From Promethearchaeota archaeon (GTDB lineage Archaea > Asgardarchaeota > Lokiarchaeia > Sigyniarchaeales > SOKP01), in the NCBI GenBank assembly GCA_048940925.1, contig JBHLOC010000003.1:64001-128000 (forward strand): 64,000 nucleotides of DNA, in the 5' to 3' direction. Below, piece by piece: positions 1 to 9,634 of the stretch (position 1 is the first letter of the stretch; each line of letters begins with the position of its first letter). The notes beneath the pieces are model-generated. The model made no database searches. It was not told the origin of the DNA and was given only the letters and a program-made list of their open reading frames with translations. A program made the translations under genes and the position numbers.

Positions 1-226
1 GCTCCTTTTTCATTAACTCTTTTAATTCATTTACAACAAGTTTGTCAAGATATTCTGGTTCAAATTCCATAAGATCCTCTGAACCATAAATTTTCGTGAC
101 TTTTTTAATTGCTTTTTCCTTTTTAAATTCAGGAATTTGAGTGATACTAGTTAAATCAAGTAGATTTAAAATATTCAACCAATCAAGCTTAATTGTCCAG
201 CTTAGTACTTTGTCGTTTTCGACCAT
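1..226 (-). CDS. Hypothetical protein, 5' part only (runs off window start)
   Basis: ATG at 226; open frame MVENDKVLSWTIKLDWLNILNLLDL...ELMKKE to position 1; not in ORF track. Confidence 0.6.
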   Translation of the reverse strand, partial: MVENDKVLSWTIKLDWLNILNLLDLTSITQIPEFKKEKAIKKVTKIYGSEDLMEFEPEYLDKLVVNELKELMKKE

Positions 227-546
227 GGTACATTTTTATATTTGATTCAGATAGTATAGTTATCTGAGTAAATTAAACTTTTTCTATTATATTGTACTCG
301 ATAAATGATCCTTATAAACTTATTGATTCTAATCTATAATAACCATTTAAGGAAAACATTCTGGTTTAATTAACTAATTCAGATAAATCTTTCATAAAAT
401 TTATTTCTAATAAAATTAAAAAGAAAAGAATAAAGGATCGTATTTGAAAGAATTTTAAAAATAAATAAAATAACTGATAATTATTTAAAAAAGAGTTATT
501 GAAAAATCGTTTAAATTTAAGATAAGATATTACAATTCAAATTTAA

Positions 547-756
547 TTATTCAAAATAACTTTTAAAAGATCTAGCAAAATCTTTCACTAAAATATTATC
601 AATTTCTCCGAATTTATAATGTCCTCTAGGTACTTTTTCTTTGGCTGAGAAATGTTTCTTAAATGATAATTCAAAATCATTAATCGGGATACTATTTTCT
701 TCAGCGAACTTTATTTCTCCAAATTTTAAAAGGAAATCAGGATTTATAATAGTCAA
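547..756 (-). CDS. Small hypothetical protein (69 aa)
   Basis: TTG start preceded by GAGGTGA RBS and a TTTATATA box near 847-840; internal KFGEI repeat. Confidence 0.65.
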   Translation of the reverse strand: MTIINPDFLLKFGEIKFAEENSIPINDFELSFKKHFSAKEKVPRGHYKFGEIDNILVKDFARSFKSYFE

Positions 757-898
757 CTAATTTTTCACCTCAAATATTGATGTTTTATTCAAATGTTTTT
801 TTAATTAAATAATAATTTTTATTAATAAAGATAGGTAAATATATAAATCTTTTCCTACACTTACAATGGTTATTTTTCCTAATTTTTAACCGAATCCC

Positions 899-923
899 CA
901 TTCACTGAATGATCGTTCATTCA
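899..923. promoter_or_regulatory. TetR/FadR-type palindromic operator
   Basis: TGAATGA-TCGT-TCATTCA (906-923) plus overlapping CATTCA-C-TGAATG; lies between the divergent small ORF and TetR; resembles the Bacillus FadR box TGAATGA-N4-TCATTCA. Confidence 0.65.
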
Positions 924-1198
924 TTAAATTATTATCTTTATTATATAATAGAATTTTGGAAAAAAGATATAAAACTACCCCATTTGTAAAATTCTCATCA
1001 TTTTCCTATTTATTGCAAATATTTAGACATTAATTTCTAAAGTTGAGAAGATTCCAGATTTCTAAGAAACTTTAAAAAATAAATGGAATTAGATATTTAA
1101 ATAGTATAATAAATTTTAGTATAATTTCTTATATAACAATAATTTTAATGTTTTTTCCTATGAATTAAAATGGTCTTCATTTTTTGAGTTGATTATAA

Positions 1199-1813
1199 GT
1201 GTCTTTAAGAGCAAAAAAGTCTGAAATAATTAAGAAAGAAAAAAGAAATTTATTTATAATATCAGCTCTCTCTGTTTTTGAAGAAAAAGGATTTAACAAT
1301 ACTCGTATAAAAGACATCACAAAAAAAGCAGGGACCTCTGTGGGAAATTTTTATAACTATTTCAAAAGTAAAGAAGAAGTATTCGAAGTTATAATTAGTG
1401 GATTAGCTGAACTAATGGTCAGTAAGTTTAAAGAATTGTTCAAATTTTTTCTAGAAGATAGAATTCCCCCAATCTCTGCTGTCAAGAATCTTTTTCAAGG
1501 ATATTCAAAAATGTTTAGAGCTAAGAAAGAGACTTTTCTTATTTTTCTTGAGCAAATGGGGGGGATTAATAATAAATATAGGAAAAAAAGAAACGAAATT
1601 ATTGATAATTTTACGAGGGAAGTAGAAAAAATCATCTTAAAACTTTTAGAGTTTGGAGCTCGTGATCAGAATCCAAAATTAACTGCTAGAGTTTGGACAT
1701 CTACAGTGCTTGGTGTCTTTAATTGGTGGATTCGGAGCGATTTTGCCCTTGAAGAGGAAGAACTTGTTAACAATTTGACAGATTTTCTTGTTAGGGGGAC
1801 AATGACAAGATAA
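1199..1813 (+). CDS. TetR/AcrR family transcriptional regulator
   Basis: N-terminal HTH ALSVFEEKGFNNTRIKDITKKAGTSVGNFYNYFKSKEE. Confidence 0.93.
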   Translation: MSLRAKKSEIIKKEKRNLFIISALSVFEEKGFNNTRIKDITKKAGTSVGNFYNYFKSKEEVFEVIISGLAELMVSKFKELFKFFLEDRIPPISAVKNLFQGYSKMFRAKKETFLIFLEQMGGINNKYRKKRNEIIDNFTREVEKIILKLLEFGARDQNPKLTARVWTSTVLGVFNWWIRSDFALEEEELVNNLTDFLVRGTMTR

Positions 1814-2025
1814 ATACATAAAATTTTACTTTATTCTAATCTGAAAGATTAAATTCGCGTGTTTTACACTTATTGTAAGATAGAAACTATTTTTATTCTT
1901 TAATATGATTATTTTTTCTGATAGTATTTTGATGAGAAAATATTTACAATAGTTATAATTATAAGCAATATATTCAAATTGTACTTGGAGATTTCATAAA
2001 TTAAATTTTTTGGGCTTAACCTAAA

Positions 2026-2952
2026 ATGAGTAGAGAAATAGATGATAGAACTTATTTGAATTATCTTTTACAATCTTTAAATGTAGATGATTTAAAACAA
2101 ATTTGTCGAGATTTTGAAATAAAGGGATTTTCAAAACTGAAGAAATCAGAATTGATAGACTTTATCCTTGATAGTCTAGCTGAGGAAGAGTTTAAAGAGC
2201 TATTAAAACAAAAGGAATTAGCTATAATCTCAAATGGAATAGATTTAGCAATAAAGAAGATCAACGACGAAGATAGAGAGACTATTACTGAAATTAAAAT
2301 AGTAAATCCAGATAGGCATGAGATTGAGCTTCAATTTAAAGGTTGGAATTGGGAAGTTGCTTCATTTCTATCTATTACTCCCTCAAATATAAAAAATCCT
2401 GAACGCGATTGTGACTGCCGAATAGGTTCAGAAATGGGTTTTTGTAGTCATTTTTGGATTGGTTTTATCTATTCATTAAAGCAAGATTGGTTTAAAATTA
2501 AAGATTGGACATTAACTATTTTACCTGAAGACTTTAAGGAAAGAATAAAGAATATCTCCTTAAAAACTAAAGCAAGTGAAAAGACAGAAGTTCTTATATA
2601 TGAGAATTCTCTCAAAGGAAAATTAATTAGTTACCTTAATTCAAGAATTACTATTTATCAGGGAGAAATATCAGATATAGAAAAAAGAGAATCAGAATTT
2701 CAAGGGAATATTACAGTTTTTTATATGATTATTCTTATAAACGTAAGATTTGGACCCCAACTTAAGAAAAAAAGTGATTACAATGAAGATGATATTGATA
2801 CTATTGAAAACTTAAAGATTAGAGTTAGTGAAAATGCTTTTGAAAAGGCTAATTTATCAGTTGGAGATAAAATTAGTTGTAATGGTGGAGTTAACAAGGA
2901 TAATTTTTGGGGATTAATGATAAAAAGGATTTCCAAACTTCAAAAGCTATAA
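2026..2952 (+). CDS. Rho_N/SAP-like helix-extension-helix + SWIM zinc finger protein with possible C-terminal OB fold
   Basis: LNVDDLKQICRDFEIKGFSKLKKSELIDFI; CDC-x8-CSH; beta-rich C-terminus. Confidence 0.65.
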   Translation: MSREIDDRTYLNYLLQSLNVDDLKQICRDFEIKGFSKLKKSELIDFILDSLAEEEFKELLKQKELAIISNGIDLAIKKINDEDRETITEIKIVNPDRHEIELQFKGWNWEVASFLSITPSNIKNPERDCDCRIGSEMGFCSHFWIGFIYSLKQDWFKIKDWTLTILPEDFKERIKNISLKTKASEKTEVLIYENSLKGKLISYLNSRITIYQGEISDIEKRESEFQGNITVFYMIILINVRFGPQLKKKSDYNEDDIDTIENLKIRVSENAFEKANLSVGDKISCNGGVNKDNFWGLMIKRISKLQKL

Positions 2953-3089
2953 TATTACATAAGAGTGATATATAGCTGATTCTGCTATATTCTAAGATTT
3001 CATCCTAGATTTTATTAATATTGCTTTATTTTTCAAATTGTTTTATTGCTATTAATTAGGAAATTAAAGTTCTTGTAGAATGTATTACC

Positions 3090-3962
3090 TTGAGTAGAGC
3101 AGAAAATAGAAGAATTATCAGTGGGAAAATCTGTATGATCACTGGTGCTAATTCTGGTATTGGTAAAGCCACTGCAATTGGTTTAGCAAAATTAGGTGCT
3201 CATTTAGTGATGGTATGTCGCAATCAAGAACGCGCTGAATCAGCAATAAAAGAAATTAAAGAGAAAAGTGGAAATGATTTAATAGATTTGTTATTAGCAG
3301 ATTTATCTTCTCAAAAGGAAATTCATAGAGTTGTTGATGAGTTTAAGAAAAAGTATGATAAATTAGATGTTTTAATAAATAATGCTGGAGTGACACTTCC
3401 AAAATATTCCTTAACAATTGATGGAATCGAAAAAACGTTTGCGATTAATTATTTAGCCCAATTTATGTTATGTATTTTATTATTTGATGTTTTGAAAAAA
3501 GGAAATCCTGCAAGGATAGTGAATGTAGCTTCAAGTGTTCAAGCAAAAACCGTTGATTTTGATATTTTAAATAGCGAGGAGAATTATGGGCAATTAAAAG
3601 CATATGGTTTATCAAAGTTAGCAGTAATTCTCTTTACTCGTGAATTCGCGAAAGAGATAAAAGGATCGGGAGTTACTGTTAATTGTCTTCATCCGGGTTA
3701 TGTAAAAACTAAATTAATACGTAATTTCAGACCTTTTGTTAAGTATTTTTATCACCTTATAGGATTATTTATGATAAGTCCTAAAAAAGGTGCTAAAACA
3801 TCAATCTATTTAGCCTCCTCACCCGATGTGAATAGTATTAGTGGAAAGTATTATAAAAAAAGAAAAGAAGCAAAAACTGTAAAAATTTCATATGATGACG
3901 AAGTAGCAAAAAGACTTTGGGATATCAGTGTGGAATTAACTAACATTGATTTTAAACTTTAA
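3090..3962 (+). CDS. Short-chain dehydrogenase/reductase (retinol dehydrogenase-like)
   Basis: TGANSGIG, NNAG, YGLSK catalytic motif, HPG. Confidence 0.93.
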   Translation: MSRAENRRIISGKICMITGANSGIGKATAIGLAKLGAHLVMVCRNQERAESAIKEIKEKSGNDLIDLLLADLSSQKEIHRVVDEFKKKYDKLDVLINNAGVTLPKYSLTIDGIEKTFAINYLAQFMLCILLFDVLKKGNPARIVNVASSVQAKTVDFDILNSEENYGQLKAYGLSKLAVILFTREFAKEIKGSGVTVNCLHPGYVKTKLIRNFRPFVKYFYHLIGLFMISPKKGAKTSIYLASSPDVNSISGKYYKKRKEAKTVKISYDDEVAKRLWDISVELTNIDFKL

Positions 3963-3974
3963 ACTATTCCTTAT

Positions 3975-5360
3975 TTACGAATAATTTTCTTTTAGTGAAT
4001 TAGTTAAGGTTCTTAACTTTTCAGAAATTTTTAGTTTGAATATTTGAGCTTCTTCTAGGCTTTTTAAGGGTTTAGGCAATCTTTTTATATTTTCTAAGTA
4101 AAATTGTTGGATTTCATTTAAATTTGGTAATTTTATTATTAATTCACCATTTTTCAGTATTGGTTTTAATAATGCATTAGAATTAGGAGGAGCCGGTTCA
4201 TTATCTAAAGCTAAGATATCTTCTTTAAACATATTATTATCGTAAACTCGATATACTTGTTTTATTCCCGGATAAGTTATTTTTTCCTCACTAATTTTGA
4301 TTCTTGGTGTACCATTGTATTCCATTAGTTTATAAACTCCCGATATTGTGGGATCGTCTCGAGATGTTGCTAATTCCGTTCCTACTCCAAAAGCATCTAT
4401 GGGCGCATTCTTATCAATGATTTCTTTTATTTTGTATTCATTTAAATCAGAACTTGCAACAATTAAAACATCTTCACATCCTTTATTATCTAAGATTTTT
4501 CTGACCTCTTTGGCATGTTTAATAAGATCTCCAGAATCTATTCTTACACCTCTTATGTTATTTCCATACTTGCATGATTTCTCAGCACCTAACTCTGTAT
4601 CATAAGTATCTATTAATAAAATAGAGTCTTCGCCATAGATTTTAAAATAGGATTCAAAACTATCCTCTTCAGTTTCAAATTTCTGAACAAAACTGTGAGC
4701 CATCGTACCAGTTGAATTGATTCCCAATTCAAGATCAGCAAGTACATTACTAGTTGCGCTAAAACCAGCTATATAGCTTGCTCTGGCAGCGTACACTCCT
4801 GCGAGCGGGCTATGAGATCTTCTCGTTCCAAATTCAAGAAGAACTTTATCCTGTGCTATGTTTTTAATTCTTGATGCCTTAGATGCAACCAATGTTTGGT
4901 AATTAATCACGTTTAATAAGTAAGTTTCGGCAATTTGAGCATGAAACATAGGACCTTTAACTCTTAAAATTGGTTCATTAGTAAAAAAAAAATCTCCTTC
5001 CCTCATAGCCCAGACATCTAGGTTGAACTTAAAATTAGGTAAATACTCATCAAAGAAATTAGGATTTATATTTTTAAAGACGGCTTTATTTTTCAGAAAT
5101 TCAATTGTTTGTTCTGTGAATCTCGCATTTTGCAGATAGTGGATTGCTTGTTCTAAACCCGCAAATATTAAATAATTCCGTTTTTTTGGAAATTTTCTTA
5201 TAAATAATTCAAAGGTAGCAATATCTTCTGTTTCATCAATATGATGTTCTAGATTATATTGATAATACGCCGCACCCATAGTTAATTGGTAAAAATCTGT
5301 TGCAAGAATCATATTTTTATCATTTACAAAACCAGAGTTCATTTCATTCATTTTTGCCAC
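3975..5360 (-). CDS. pncB: Nicotinate phosphoribosyltransferase
   Basis: TDFYQLTM, EFGTRR, GTMAHS, LIDTYD, VRIDSGD, FGVGT, VYKL motifs. Confidence 0.95.
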   Translation of the reverse strand: MAKMNEMNSGFVNDKNMILATDFYQLTMGAAYYQYNLEHHIDETEDIATFELFIRKFPKKRNYLIFAGLEQAIHYLQNARFTEQTIEFLKNKAVFKNINPNFFDEYLPNFKFNLDVWAMREGDFFFTNEPILRVKGPMFHAQIAETYLLNVINYQTLVASKASRIKNIAQDKVLLEFGTRRSHSPLAGVYAARASYIAGFSATSNVLADLELGINSTGTMAHSFVQKFETEEDSFESYFKIYGEDSILLIDTYDTELGAEKSCKYGNNIRGVRIDSGDLIKHAKEVRKILDNKGCEDVLIVASSDLNEYKIKEIIDKNAPIDAFGVGTELATSRDDPTISGVYKLMEYNGTPRIKISEEKITYPGIKQVYRVYDNNMFKEDILALDNEPAPPNSNALLKPILKNGELIIKLPNLNEIQQFYLENIKRLPKPLKSLEEAQIFKLKISEKLRTLTNSLKENYS

Positions 5361-5570
5361 AATGAAATTAAATTTATTGCTTTAAATATTTATTTTGAAT
5401 TTTTTTATTTTAAATCTTATTTTAAAGAATAATTAGATAAGGATAAAAAAAATTGTTTAACTCTTTAATGTCAAATATACATATGTCAACATGAATATTT
5501 CTGGATAGGTAATTATTATTTAAATATTCTTAAAAAGTGAAATGAGATAGAAAAAAAATAAAAATTAATT

Positions 5571-5849
5571 CTAAATTATCTCTTGAACTAATAAAGTGCG
5601 TGTTCTATTAAAAGCTGGAAAAGATAAATTTAATTGTACACCTCCAGTTGCATCATATTCGGATTTCCAAAGAACAGAAACAGTATAAGTTCCAGAGGGT
5701 AAACTTTCTGTTTGATAAACAATATTAAGATTATGACTAAATACCCTTGTAGTACCTGGATAGGGACCTGAGTCGTCATAGAAATGAATTGCCATCGTTT
5801 GGTTGCCTGAGCCTTCTATCTTAAGAACGACAAAGAAGTTACAACCCAA
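5571..5849 (-). pseudogene. Truncated remnant of a beta-sandwich C-terminal domain protein (surface/tail-like)
   Basis: LPSGTYTVSVLWKS...RTLLVQEII C-terminal pattern; frame extends only ~11 codons upstream of the TTG to a stop; no clear RBS. Confidence 0.4.
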
Positions 5850-6030
5850 GTTAAAATCTTCCCATTTAATGATACTAGAGCCTTATATTTAGTAGTTTTT
5901 GAGTTTTACGAACTTTACTAATATTATATGTAATAATATGAATCATCTGAAAGTGTTTATAAATTAACTCAACTATTTTTGTATAAATATATATTTTAAT
6001 AAAACATAGTTTAATCAAAAAAGTGATAGT

Positions 6031-7764
6031 ATGTACCACTTAGATGATACTGAATATTTAAACGAAAAATATTATCGTAAAACTGAAAGTGTATGTCCTG
6101 AATGTCTCGAGAAAATCGGTGCTGAAGTATATGAAGAAAATAATGAAATTTGGATGCGTAAAACATGTCCAGAGCATGGGGATTTCAAGGATAAGCTTAG
6201 TTCAAGTGCAAAATATTATAAATGGACTCATTGGGCAATAAAGGATGACCATGGAAAAGTAATTTGGCAATTTGATAAGGATGGGGAGGCTAATCCGCCT
6301 GATTGTGTCGGTGATGATCCAAGAGGGTGCCCTTATAATTGCGGATTATGTGAACAACACCTTTCAACCTGCTCATTAGCTTTAATTGACCTTACAAATC
6401 GATGTAATTTTAATTGCAATTTTTGCTATGCAAATGTGCAAAAAGCAGGATACCTTATAGAACCTACATTAGAAGAAATTGATAGAATCATGACGCATTT
6501 CAGATCTAAACCAATTCCTGCTGTTGCTATAATGTTTACTGGGGGAGAACCCACAGTTAGAAAAGATTTTCCGGAAATTTGTAAAATGGCAAAAGATAAG
6601 GGATTTAAGGAAGTTATTGTAGCTACCAATGGCTATGGATTCCAGAAAAAAAATGGTGGACTAGAGTTTACTAAAAAATGTAAGGAAATGGGTTTAGATA
6701 CACTATATTTCCAATTTGACGGTATAAATGATGCGACATATGAAAAGACTCGTGGTATTAGAAACCTTATGAAATATAAACAAAGAGTCATAGATAATTG
6801 TCGTAAAGTAGGATTTGGTTCTATTGTATTAGTAGCAACAATCGCTAAAGGTGTTACTGATATTGAAGTTGGTAATATTGTTCAATATGCTATTGATAAT
6901 GTAGATGTTATTCGAGGTATAACATTTCAACCTGTTTCCTTATGTGGTCGAATTGCGTTTGAAGAAAGACAAGATTTAAGGATTACTAATGCAGACGTTC
7001 TTAAAATAATAGAAGAACAGACAGCAGGGAAGATTGGTATGGAAAATGCTTGGTATCCTTTAACTACAATTGTAGAGTTTGGTAGAGCCATAGCATATCT
7101 AGCTGATGTCGAACCTATTGAATTTACCTGCCATCCGGACTGCGGTTTTGCTTCGTATATGATTATAAATCCCGATTCAGGCGAAATGATGCCAATAATG
7201 GAATATTTCGACCCACTGAAGGTTATCGATTTTGCGAACCGTTTTTGGGCAAAAATAAAGCATAAAGAGAAGAAACCAATTAAACTTTTTGAAGATCTAT
7301 TGGGTGATTTTGGCAAGACACTTGATAAAGGACTAAATTTTCTCGATAAGACGCAGCTCCGGGCTCGTTTCCTGCTTGGAATATTACAATATTCAAAGAA
7401 ACCTGGTAAGCTTATGGAAATGATTTCAAGAATTCTAATGCGAGGGGATTGGGAAAGCATAAGTTCCTTTAGTTACGGTGCTCTATTATTATCTAGCATG
7501 CATTTTCAGGATGCATATAATATGGACTTAGAAAGAGTAAAGAGATGTATTGTACACTTCGGTGTAGCAATGCCAGATGGTTCCGTAAAAGAGATCTCAT
7601 TCTGTACAATGAATACTCTTCATAGACCTGTAATTGAAAAACAAGTAGCCAAGAAATTAACTGAGAAAGTGAGAAACGAGTTTGACACCAGCACAGGTCA
7701 GCCTATGATAGCACGACCACAGCAAGTAGCACGTAATGGCGGAATCAAAAAGGAAGGTGATTAA
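6031..7764 (+). CDS. tes: Radical SAM tetraether lipid synthase (Tes / GDGT-MAS, MJ0619 family)
   Basis: N-terminal CPEC..CPEHG, GCPYNCGLC..H, CxxxCxxC (CNFNCNFC), TGGEPT, TCHPDCG, C-terminal MHFQDAYNMDLERVKRCIVH...SFCTMN. Confidence 0.85.
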   Translation: MYHLDDTEYLNEKYYRKTESVCPECLEKIGAEVYEENNEIWMRKTCPEHGDFKDKLSSSAKYYKWTHWAIKDDHGKVIWQFDKDGEANPPDCVGDDPRGCPYNCGLCEQHLSTCSLALIDLTNRCNFNCNFCYANVQKAGYLIEPTLEEIDRIMTHFRSKPIPAVAIMFTGGEPTVRKDFPEICKMAKDKGFKEVIVATNGYGFQKKNGGLEFTKKCKEMGLDTLYFQFDGINDATYEKTRGIRNLMKYKQRVIDNCRKVGFGSIVLVATIAKGVTDIEVGNIVQYAIDNVDVIRGITFQPVSLCGRIAFEERQDLRITNADVLKIIEEQTAGKIGMENAWYPLTTIVEFGRAIAYLADVEPIEFTCHPDCGFASYMIINPDSGEMMPIMEYFDPLKVIDFANRFWAKIKHKEKKPIKLFEDLLGDFGKTLDKGLNFLDKTQLRARFLLGILQYSKKPGKLMEMISRILMRGDWESISSFSYGALLLSSMHFQDAYNMDLERVKRCIVHFGVAMPDGSVKEISFCTMNTLHRPVIEKQVAKKLTEKVRNEFDTSTGQPMIARPQQVARNGGIKKEGD

Positions 7765-7767
7765 TAA

Positions 7768-8055
7768 ATGCCCGAAGAAATCGTTGAAGATAGAGACGGT
7801 ATAAAGATTCGCAAGCTGGCGGAATTAAGAACCAACACTGCGAAGGAATACGAAGAGGCAATGCTTAGTCGTGTTGAGGAATTTAAAGACTTAAAAGGAG
7901 ATAAAAGCGGATTCAACAATTTTCTTCAAAACACAATATTCTCTAGCTTGGGATCCCTCTTAGACCTGAAAGTGAAAGCAGATAAAGCTTTGGGGGAAGA
8001 AAACTTAAAAAAAGTTCATAAGATTCTAGATAATATTCTTTTATTTGGACTTTAA
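7768..8055 (+). CDS. Hypothetical helical protein co-transcribed with tes
   Basis: 3-nt gap after the tes stop; AAGGTGA RBS. Confidence 0.75.
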   Translation: MPEEIVEDRDGIKIRKLAELRTNTAKEYEEAMLSRVEEFKDLKGDKSGFNNFLQNTIFSSLGSLLDLKVKADKALGEENLKKVHKILDNILLFGL

Positions 8056-8213
8056 CTGTTCTGATTTTTTATATTTTACTTATTTTTTATTTTGTATCTT
8101 TTCTTTTGGGTGAGTAATATTTTCTTATAAAATTAAAATTATATATAGATGAAGCTCGAACTATCCTTTAAATAAAATTTCTTAACTTTCAGAAAATTTG
8201 AACTAGTATTAAG

Positions 8214-9500
8214 ATGAGTTACATGACTGAAAATAGCGAAATTAGAATAAAAGAACGTTCAAAATCTTATTTCAAATATTTAATCTTAGTTTTAATGCTG
8301 GTACAAATAATTGATTCATATGCTACTGTTTTTCCAGGAGCAATTCCCTCAGCTATAGCAGCTGAATTCTTAAGTGGAAAGCCTGTGAATGTGCAAAATT
8401 CGATAATGGCTCTTGCAAGTGGTATAGTTTCCATTGGTATGTATTTTCTTTTTTTTAGTCAATATTTATCAGACAAATTTGGTCGCAAGAAAATGCTGGC
8501 GGTTACAGTTCTCGGAATGGCGATAGCCTCGTTAGGTATGTTTTTATCAGTTAATTACATCATGTATATGGTTTTCATATTTTTCTTATCTTTTTTCTTC
8601 AGCAGTGATGTCTGGTTGATCTATATCAATGAAGAAGCTAAGCCAAATAAACGAGCAATGTATTCTAATATAATTTTAATGGCTGGCTTAATAGGACCGA
8701 TAATAATGGTGATTTCACGGTTTATATTCATAACTGAAACAGAACCATTTTGGAGAGGTATGACATTTTTACCTATGATAATCGGATTTCCATTATTTTT
8801 TATTATTCTTTTCTCATTGAAAGAAACCTCTAGATATCAAATGATGAAAGAGAGTGGGACAATAAAGTCAAGATCCTTTAAGGAAGACATAGTTTCTATT
8901 TTTCAAACAGAAAATCGAAAACCATATATTATGATATTACTGATAGTGTTCATACGAGGAATTTCTGGAACAGCTATAGGTTTATTTGAAAAATATATTA
9001 GAGACGTTGGAACACTGACTCAAGATCAAGTATCAGTTGTTTTCCTTTTAACAGTTTTTGCAGTGATAATAGCATATTCTATGAACGGTTTTCTTGCAGA
9101 TCGAATTGGGAGAAAGCCTTTACTTTACCTTTGGTCATTTCTAGCACCAACTTCAGTTCTAACATGGGTATTGGGAGCACATAATACGAAATATGCATTT
9201 TATCTTGTTTTGCTGGGATACTCTTTGACCCATATCTCAACATGGGGCGCAATAGGAATGATTAGACTTTTAACGTTAGAAATGCTTCCAACTGATAGGA
9301 GAGGAACTGGTGTTGGTTTTAGAAGTTTAATTGGATCGATTGGTGGCACTGTGGGATTACTTTTAAGTAGTATGGTAATTTTAATAGTCGGGTTAGGTAC
9401 TACTTTCATAATTTTCGTAATGGGAAATTTTATCGTTATACCTTTAGCATATTTTTTCCTTAAGGAAACTAAAGGAGTCGAACTTGCCGAAATAAAATAA
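8214..9500 (+). CDS. MFS transporter
   Basis: ~12 TM; SDKFGRK and ADRIGRK motif A; EMLPTDRRGTG; KETKG. Confidence 0.92.
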   Translation: MSYMTENSEIRIKERSKSYFKYLILVLMLVQIIDSYATVFPGAIPSAIAAEFLSGKPVNVQNSIMALASGIVSIGMYFLFFSQYLSDKFGRKKMLAVTVLGMAIASLGMFLSVNYIMYMVFIFFLSFFFSSDVWLIYINEEAKPNKRAMYSNIILMAGLIGPIIMVISRFIFITETEPFWRGMTFLPMIIGFPLFFIILFSLKETSRYQMMKESGTIKSRSFKEDIVSIFQTENRKPYIMILLIVFIRGISGTAIGLFEKYIRDVGTLTQDQVSVVFLLTVFAVIIAYSMNGFLADRIGRKPLLYLWSFLAPTSVLTWVLGAHNTKYAFYLVLLGYSLTHISTWGAIGMIRLLTLEMLPTDRRGTGVGFRSLIGSIGGTVGLLLSSMVILIVGLGTTFIIFVMGNFIVIPLAYFFLKETKGVELAEIK

Positions 9501-9634
9501 AAAAATAATTATTTTTTCTTTATTATTTTTCAAGACCTCTTTTTTTCGTTTCCTGTGTTTTTTTATCAATTCTTTTTATCATTTCCTACATTTCATAACT
9601 TATTTTTAAAATTAAAATTTAGATTAGTTATATT

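Noticed and set aside
7130-8000. Apparently higher GC in the 3' part of tes and its partner gene
   Set aside because: Not quantified; could be codon bias rather than recombination
8141-8150. Single ATATATAGA upstream of the first MFS gene as a Pho-box copy
   Set aside because: Isolated copy in AT-rich DNA, more simply a TATA element; no phased repeat
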